Shown: positions 58,737 through 64,000 of the stretch, piece after piece | Numbering within the stretch: the first letter of the stretch is position 1 | How the letters are laid out: each line of letters starts with the position of its first letter | IMG/VR virus record: IMGVR_UViG_3300028048_001452 | Source: a virus | Taxonomy: Duplodnaviria; Caudoviricetes | DNA length: 64,000 bases | Strand: one strand, 5' to 3' | The notes under the pieces: generated by a model | Told to the model about the DNA's origin: nothing | What the model saw: only the letters and a program-made list of their open reading frames with translations | Database searches by the model: none | Made by a program: the position numbers and the translations under genes

Positions 58737-59024
58737 GTGATTAAATTGAAGAAACATGAAATTGCTAAACAAATTTCAAATCGTATGGATGGTTTGACAT
58801 TACAACAAATTGAAGATTGCATTGATTGCTTTTTTGATGTATTGACAGAAATACTTGCTAACGGTGATTCATATAATCAGAAGAATTTTGGTACTTTTAA
58901 GTCTGTAGACCGTGCTCCACGTAAAGGACGTAATCCACAAACAAAAGAAGTTGTTGATATTCCTGCAACCAAGGCATTAAAGATTGTTGTTTCCAAGAGT
59001 TTAAAAGATGTATTGAATAAGTAA
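58737..59024 (+). CDS. HU/IHF-family protein 2
   Basis: NFGTF..RAPRKGRNPQT. Confidence 0.9.
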   Translation: MIKLKKHEIAKQISNRMDGLTLQQIEDCIDCFFDVLTEILANGDSYNQKNFGTFKSVDRAPRKGRNPQTKEVVDIPATKALKIVVSKSLKDVLNK

Positions 59025-59031
59025 AAATATT

Positions 59032-59064
59032 AAAGAGTATACATTATATTTGTATACTCTTTTT
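59032..59064 (+). terminator. Intrinsic terminator
   Basis: AAAGAGTATACA/TGTATACTCTTT. Confidence 0.75.
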
Positions 59065-59183
59065 GATATAACAAAAACGGATATAACAAAAAATTAAATA
59101 TATGTTAATATTGAGAAATAATAAAAATTAATGAATTGAGGTGAAAAAGGTAGGTGTGAAAACATAAATTTTTATTATTTTGT

Positions 59184-59576
59184 ATGAGGAAGATGTTTTC
59201 CCCTACAAAGAAAATGAATAGTTCAAGATATTTTGATGAAGAAGTATTAGCTTGCCCCCATTGTGGATGGCAACCTGATAATGGTATTAACAGAAAACTT
59301 TTAAATTTTTTAGATAAACTGCAAAAGCAAATAGATGAACCATTAGACATTAAATGTTGCGCTAGATGTGAAGAATATAATGAAATGGTTGATGGATATA
59401 AAGATAGCTACCATATAAAAGGTAAAGCGGTTGATATAAATGTTCCTGATGATATGTATATTGACGAATTTGCTGATATATGTGAAGATTGCGGTGCTGA
59501 AGGGATTGTTTTAAAATATGATGAAAATGTTGTACACGTTGATATGCGTGGACAAAAAAAACGTTACGAAGAATAA
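59184..59576 (+). CDS. Peptidase M15A (YcbK/D-Ala-D-Ala carboxypeptidase-like)
   Basis: YF..E..CPHCG, RCEEYN, SYHIKGKAVD, VHVD. Confidence 0.85.
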   Translation: MRKMFSPTKKMNSSRYFDEEVLACPHCGWQPDNGINRKLLNFLDKLQKQIDEPLDIKCCARCEEYNEMVDGYKDSYHIKGKAVDINVPDDMYIDEFADICEDCGAEGIVLKYDENVVHVDMRGQKKRYEE

Positions 59577-59583
59577 TAAATAG

Positions 59584-59624
59584 ACCGTTATATTTTGTTG
59601 ATAAAACGAATATAACGGTTTTTT
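59584..59624 (+). terminator. Intrinsic terminator
   Basis: ACCGTTATATT/AATATAACGGT plus T run. Confidence 0.7.
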
Positions 59625-59685
59625 GTTATAAAAACTGAAAAATCATATATAATATTTTTGATTTAAAATTGTTGGAGGTAAAAAT

Positions 59686-59960
59686 CTCACTAATACCCAC
59701 GGGCTTGCCCGTGGGGTTGCGAAGCAATTTACAACCCAGAGTGAGTAGCCTAAGTCTTAGCTGACTACGTTAAGGAAGAAAATAGTTACCTACGGATGTC
59801 GTACCAAGTCTGTAGCTCTAAGGTCTGTGATTAAACAATCCTGTGGTATAGGGATAGTGTTGCAGATAGACAAAACCTTCCATTAACTTTGGCGATGGTA
59901 CACTTACCCTGCTTTGGCAGGTGTTGCCCCTTGCTTTGATAAGGGGAATTTAATCTTTTA
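59686..59960 (+). ncRNA. IscB omegaRNA (HEARO-type) scaffold; guide would be the 5' flank
   Basis: GC-rich structured non-coding region upstream of iscB with AGCCTAAG..CTACGTT..GCTCT..TAAACA..TTGGCGATGG elements. Confidence 0.8.
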
Positions 59961-59978
59961 AGAAAGGAGTGACCGTTT

Positions 59979-61223
59979 GTGGTCTATGTATTATCAAAAA
60001 CTGGACAACCTGTTATGCCGACTAAGAACCACACAAAAGTGCGATTACTCTTAAACTCTGGTAAGGCAAAGGTTGTCAATCGTTGTCCGTTCACGATTCA
60101 ATTAACGGGAACTTGTAAAACTTTTACACAAGAAATTTCTTTAGGTGCGGATGCAGGTTCTAAACACATCGGGCTTTCTGCCACAACTAAGAAAAATGTC
60201 CTTTTTGAAGCCGATATAACCCTTAGAAACGATATTGTTGACTTGCTTTCTAGTCGTAGAGAGCTTAGACGGTCTCGTAGAAACAGAAAAACACGTTATA
60301 GAAAAGCAAGATTCTTAAATCGTGTTAAGTCCCTAAAGGCAGGATGGTTAGCTCCATCGGTTAAACATAAAGTCGATTCTCACTTGACAATGATTGCAAA
60401 AGTGCATAAAATTTTGCCAATTTCTAAAATTATTGTTGAAGTTGCGAGCTTTGATATTCAAAAAATCAAAAATCCAGATATTTCTGGAGTTGAATATCAA
60501 CAAGGCGAACAATTAAACTTTTTGAATGTTCGGGAATATGTTTTATTTCGAGATGGTCATCAATGTCAATGCTGTAAAGGGAAATCAAAAGATAAAGTTT
60601 TGAATGTCCACCATATCGAATCTCGTAAAACTGGTGGAAACGCTCCAAATAATTTAATCACGCTTTGCGAAACCTGCCATGATGGTTTTCATAAAGGGAC
60701 AATTACGTTACCAAAAACCATAAAACGAGGTATGAGTTTCCGAGATGCTTCGTTTATGGGTATTATGCGTTGGGCTTTTTACAACAAATTAAAAGAAATG
60801 TATCAAAACGTAAGTTTAACCTACGGCTATATTACGAAAAACACTCGTATAAAAAATAATTTGCCGAAAGAGCATTATATCGATGCCCGTTGCATTAGTG
60901 GAAATCCGCTTGCAATGGCTACAGGCGAAGTTTTCTTTTTAAAGAAGGTTCGTTGTCACAACAGACAAATACACAAATGCAAAATTCTCAAAGGTGGTAT
61001 TCGTAAGAGGAATCAAGCTCCTTATGAAGTTAAAGGCTTCCGTTTGTACGATTATGTGCAATGGAAAGGAACAAAATGCTTTATTTTTGGTCGTAGAACA
61101 ACTGGTCGTATGGATTTAAGGTTTTTAGACGGAACGCATATCAATGCTTCTGTTGGTTTCAAAAATATCAAATTGTTGTCCATGCGTAAAAACTATTTGT
61201 GTGAATTAAGAAAGGTGGTGTAG
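59979..61223 (+). CDS. iscB: IscB RNA-guided endonuclease
   Basis: PVMP (PLMP), RuvC-I GADAG, RRELRRSRR bridge helix, VE, HNH (VHHI..N..LCETCH), RuvC-III HYIDA. Confidence 0.95.
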   Translation: MVYVLSKTGQPVMPTKNHTKVRLLLNSGKAKVVNRCPFTIQLTGTCKTFTQEISLGADAGSKHIGLSATTKKNVLFEADITLRNDIVDLLSSRRELRRSRRNRKTRYRKARFLNRVKSLKAGWLAPSVKHKVDSHLTMIAKVHKILPISKIIVEVASFDIQKIKNPDISGVEYQQGEQLNFLNVREYVLFRDGHQCQCCKGKSKDKVLNVHHIESRKTGGNAPNNLITLCETCHDGFHKGTITLPKTIKRGMSFRDASFMGIMRWAFYNKLKEMYQNVSLTYGYITKNTRIKNNLPKEHYIDARCISGNPLAMATGEVFFLKKVRCHNRQIHKCKILKGGIRKRNQAPYEVKGFRLYDYVQWKGTKCFIFGRRTTGRMDLRFLDGTHINASVGFKNIKLLSMRKNYLCELRKVV

Positions 61224-61273
61224 TGGCAATTCCTCCCACGGGCAAGCCCGTGGGTTTCCTTGCCACAGATATT

Positions 61274-61603
61274 ATGATTACTCAAACTTATTCTGTTATG
61301 TTAGTTCCAAATTATAATTCGGTACAATATTTTACAAATTTACCAAAGAGTAATTATTTTAAAATCTATACTGATGAAGGAATTACTATTAATGGCAAAT
61401 GTGTTACGTTTTTTGATGATGATTCTGATATTAATGAAATGATAAGAGATAAAGATAAAATTTTAGAAACAATTAATAAAAATAATAATATAAATATTTT
61501 TAATCAAGTTGGTGTAGAATATATTTTCGATAATCCAAAAAAACTATATTTTTATGCTAAGAATATTGAACACCCGGTTAAAATTTATGTTGATATACAA
61601 TAA
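61274..61603 (+). CDS. Hypothetical protein, target gene of the IscB insertion (alternative start GTG 61223)
   Basis: AT-rich phage-like ORF; native RBS displaced to 59674. Confidence 0.65.
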   Translation: MITQTYSVMLVPNYNSVQYFTNLPKSNYFKIYTDEGITINGKCVTFFDDDSDINEMIRDKDKILETINKNNNINIFNQVGVEYIFDNPKKLYFYAKNIEHPVKIYVDIQ

Positions 61604-61607
61604 TGAG

Positions 61608-61636
61608 TTGACTTTTTTCAAAATACACGATAAAAT
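61608..61636 (+). promoter_or_regulatory. sigma70/sigmaA promoter
   Basis: TTGACT-17 bp-TAAAAT before gyrB. Confidence 0.65.
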
Positions 61637-61670
61637 ATAGGTATTCAAACAAAAGAGGGAGGTTTTTCTT

Positions 61671-63847
61671 GTGTCTGATACCTTAAAAGTAAATAACAGA
61701 TATGGTGTAAACCAAATTAAAATGTTGAAAGGTCTTGAAGCTGTAAGATGTAGAGCTTCTATGTATATAGGCTCTACGTCACAGTCAGGCATTGACCAAC
61801 TTGTATATGAAATCATTGATAACTCTATTGATGAATTTGTAGCAGGTTGGGGTAATGAAGTAGATGTACACGTATATAAAGATTGTTCTGTAAAAGTTGT
61901 AGACCACGGCAGAGGTATTCCTGTTGGTAAAAGTGAAACGTTTAAAGACGAAGATGGTAATCCGATTGATACTTTGACAGGTATTCTTACAAATCTTCAT
62001 GCAGGTGGTAAGTTTACATCTGATGGATACAAATGTTCATCGGGATTGCACGGCGTTGGAAGTACATGTGTCAATGCATTATCTGATTCGTTTGACGTAA
62101 TTGTTAAACGTGATGGATATACATGGCATCAACATTTTAGCGAAGGTAATCCAACAACGGAAGTTGAAAAACTTGAACCAACTAAAGAAACAGGAACAAT
62201 AATTAAATATCATCCTGATAAAAAGATTTTTAAATTAACATTACAACCTAGTGAACACATTAAACATCGTTTAAGTGAATTAGCTTCACTTAATGCAGGA
62301 TTGAAAATTAATTATATTAATGAATTAACAGGAGATAATATTTCCTATCATTTTGAAGATGGCATTACAGGATATACACTTCATATGATTGGAGATAAGC
62401 AAAAATTGTATGATACGGCATTTTCGTTTGATGATACATATCAAGAAGAAAATGGTCATGCAATTATGTGTGATATTTCATTTATTCATGATGATGAAAC
62501 AGAACCTAATTCAAAGTTAAAGAGTTTTGCGAATAACATTAATACATATGAAGGTGGTTATCATCTTCAAGGTTTTAAAAATGGGTATAAAGACTGTATT
62601 AACCAATATGGATTAGATAGAAAACTTATCAAAGAACCTATTGAAATGCAATATTTGATGGATGGTTTATATGCAACTATTTCCATTAAACTTTATCAAC
62701 CTGAATTTGAAGGACAGACGAAAACAAAATTAGGTAATAAAGAAGCACAAGATGCAGTAGATAGCGTAATTCATAAATATTTTGAAAAAATTACAAAGCA
62801 AAAAGATAAAAAAGAAATTCTTGATGCTATTGTAAATCGTGCAATTAAAGTAAAAGAAGCTGAATTAAACGCACGTAAGGCTAGAGCAATTAGCAGAAAA
62901 TCTAAAAAACTTATGAAAACTAGTTTACCTGGTAAATTAGCTGATTGTTCTAATAAAGACGGATATACAGAATTGTGGATGTGTGAAGGTGATTCCGCAG
63001 CAGGAAGTATGAAGGAAGGACGAGAGCGTTCATATCAAGCAGTATTGGGATTAAGAGGTAAAATTCTTAATGTTAATAAAGCAGATATGAATAAAATTCT
63101 TAATTCTGATACAATTAAAGGTATTGTAGCTTCTATTGGCGGTGGAATTGGTAAAGCATTTAATATAGATGATGTACGATATGACAAAATTATTATTGGC
63201 ACAGATGCGGATGTTGACGGTGAGCACATAAGAGTTTTAGTTCTCACATTGTTCTATTATTATATGCCAAAACTTATTGAATCAGGTCGTGTATATTCTG
63301 CGCAACCACCACTTTATAGAATTATTAAAAAGAACAATGAATCTGTTTATCTTTTAAGCGATTCTGAATTAAAAGAATATCGTAAAAAACATAAAGGTGA
63401 ATCATATCAAGTAAACCGCTTTAAAGGGTTGGCGTAAACCTTGCCCTTATCAATTTTTCCTTTTATCAAAGGGGTATACATTATGTATGCTAACGGAACG
63501 AGCCTTAATTAAGGTAAGCCCGTGGGAAATAAAAACCTGTACAGACTATAGGGGTTGTTCCCTAGTAGGATAACTATTGATACGTTATCCGAAACAGTAG
63601 ATAGCTATATGAGCTAAAGAGATAGTCGGTGCGTATAGTGATATACGGTAATCATGTAGGTGAAATGAATCCTGAACAATTAAAAGAAACAACAATGGAT
63701 ATTCATAATAGAACATTACGTAGAATTACACTTGAAGATGCCAAAGAAGTAGCAGAACTTTTTGAGACATTGATGGGTAAAGATGTAACAAAACGCAAAC
63801 AATTTATCGAAGCAAATTCTGATATGGTGGATTTGGAAGCACTATAA
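61671..63847 (+). CDS. gyrB: Type IIA topoisomerase B subunit (GyrB/ParE), join(61671..63429,63657..63847), 649 aa
   Basis: EIIDNSIDE, DHGRGIP, GLHGVG, EGDSA, LRGKILN, DADVDG; splicing restores RFKGLGEMNP. Confidence 0.9.
63430..63656 (+). ncRNA. Group I self-splicing intron (227 nt, no homing endonuclease)
   Basis: Exon-terminal U with P1 AAGGGU/GCCCUU (U.G wobble); P10 ACCU/AGGU; P7 GACUA/UAGUC; terminal G. Confidence 0.9.
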
Positions 63848-63851
63848 AACT

Positions 63852-63885
63852 AAGGATAAGAGTAAAAATTACTCTTATCCTTTTT
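63852..63885 (+). terminator. Intrinsic terminator
   Basis: AAGGATAAGAGTAA/TTACTCTTATCCTT plus T run. Confidence 0.8.
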
Positions 63886-63963
63886 ATACAATAAATTAAG
63901 TATTATTTTAAGATGTTTTAATTATTTTATATATAGAATAATAAATAAGGACGGTAGTAACAA

Positions 63964-64000
63964 ATGGCTGAATTATGGATTTCTATGGATATAGATGATG
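63964..64000 (+). CDS. Partial CDS at the window edge (MAELWISMDIDD...)
   Basis: AAGGA RBS and late-like motif upstream at 63923-63944. Confidence 0.45.
   Translation, partial: MAELWISMDIDD

Larger units (their letters stand above)
59686..61273 (+). mobile_element. Non-autonomous IS200/IS605 IscB (OMEGA) element
   Basis: Terminal hairpins CCCACGGGCTTGCCCGTGGG (~59696) and CCCACGGGCAAGCCCGTGGG (~61235); 3' flank starts ATGA. Confidence 0.88.

Noticed and set aside
629-63247. Many short minus-strand and nested alternate-frame ORFs in the track
   Set aside because: Shadows of long + strand genes; no RBS or recognisable domains
63629-63847. Independent 72-aa gene, or gyrB as a pseudogene
   Set aside because: Explained as exon 2 after a group I intron
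1-64000. Stop-codon reassignment, tRNA/rRNA genes, CRISPR arrays
   Set aside because: Genes are full length and densely packed under code 11; no cloverleaf, rRNA or repeat-spacer pattern recognised

Overview
A 64-kb, very AT-rich segment of a large contractile-tailed (myovirus/jumbo-type) phage, probably infecting Bacillota (host inferred from RBS/promoter style and the HU, TnpB and IscB types). All credible genes are on the + strand. Order: IS200/IS605 element (tnpA+tnpB); a CmoA-like/C5-DNA-methyltransferase pair with the residue signature of DNA carboxymethylation; two small acidic genes; a tail module with two paralogous chaperones and three tandem, length-matched paralogous tape-measure-like proteins carrying different peptidoglycan hydrolases; baseplate and fibre genes interrupted by an intein-containing adenine-MTase cassette; a replication module (intein-containing SF2 helicase, DnaC-like loader, DnaB, stand-alone primase Zn domain, two HU genes); an IscB/omegaRNA element inserted between an RBS and its ATG; and gyrB/parE split by a 227-nt group I intron. 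Replication-region genes have consensus sigma70/sigmaA promoters, while structural genes share a different upstream motif (candidate late promoter). GATC appears strongly avoided. No CRISPR array, tRNA or rRNA seen. All calls come from reading motifs by eye, with no database searches.
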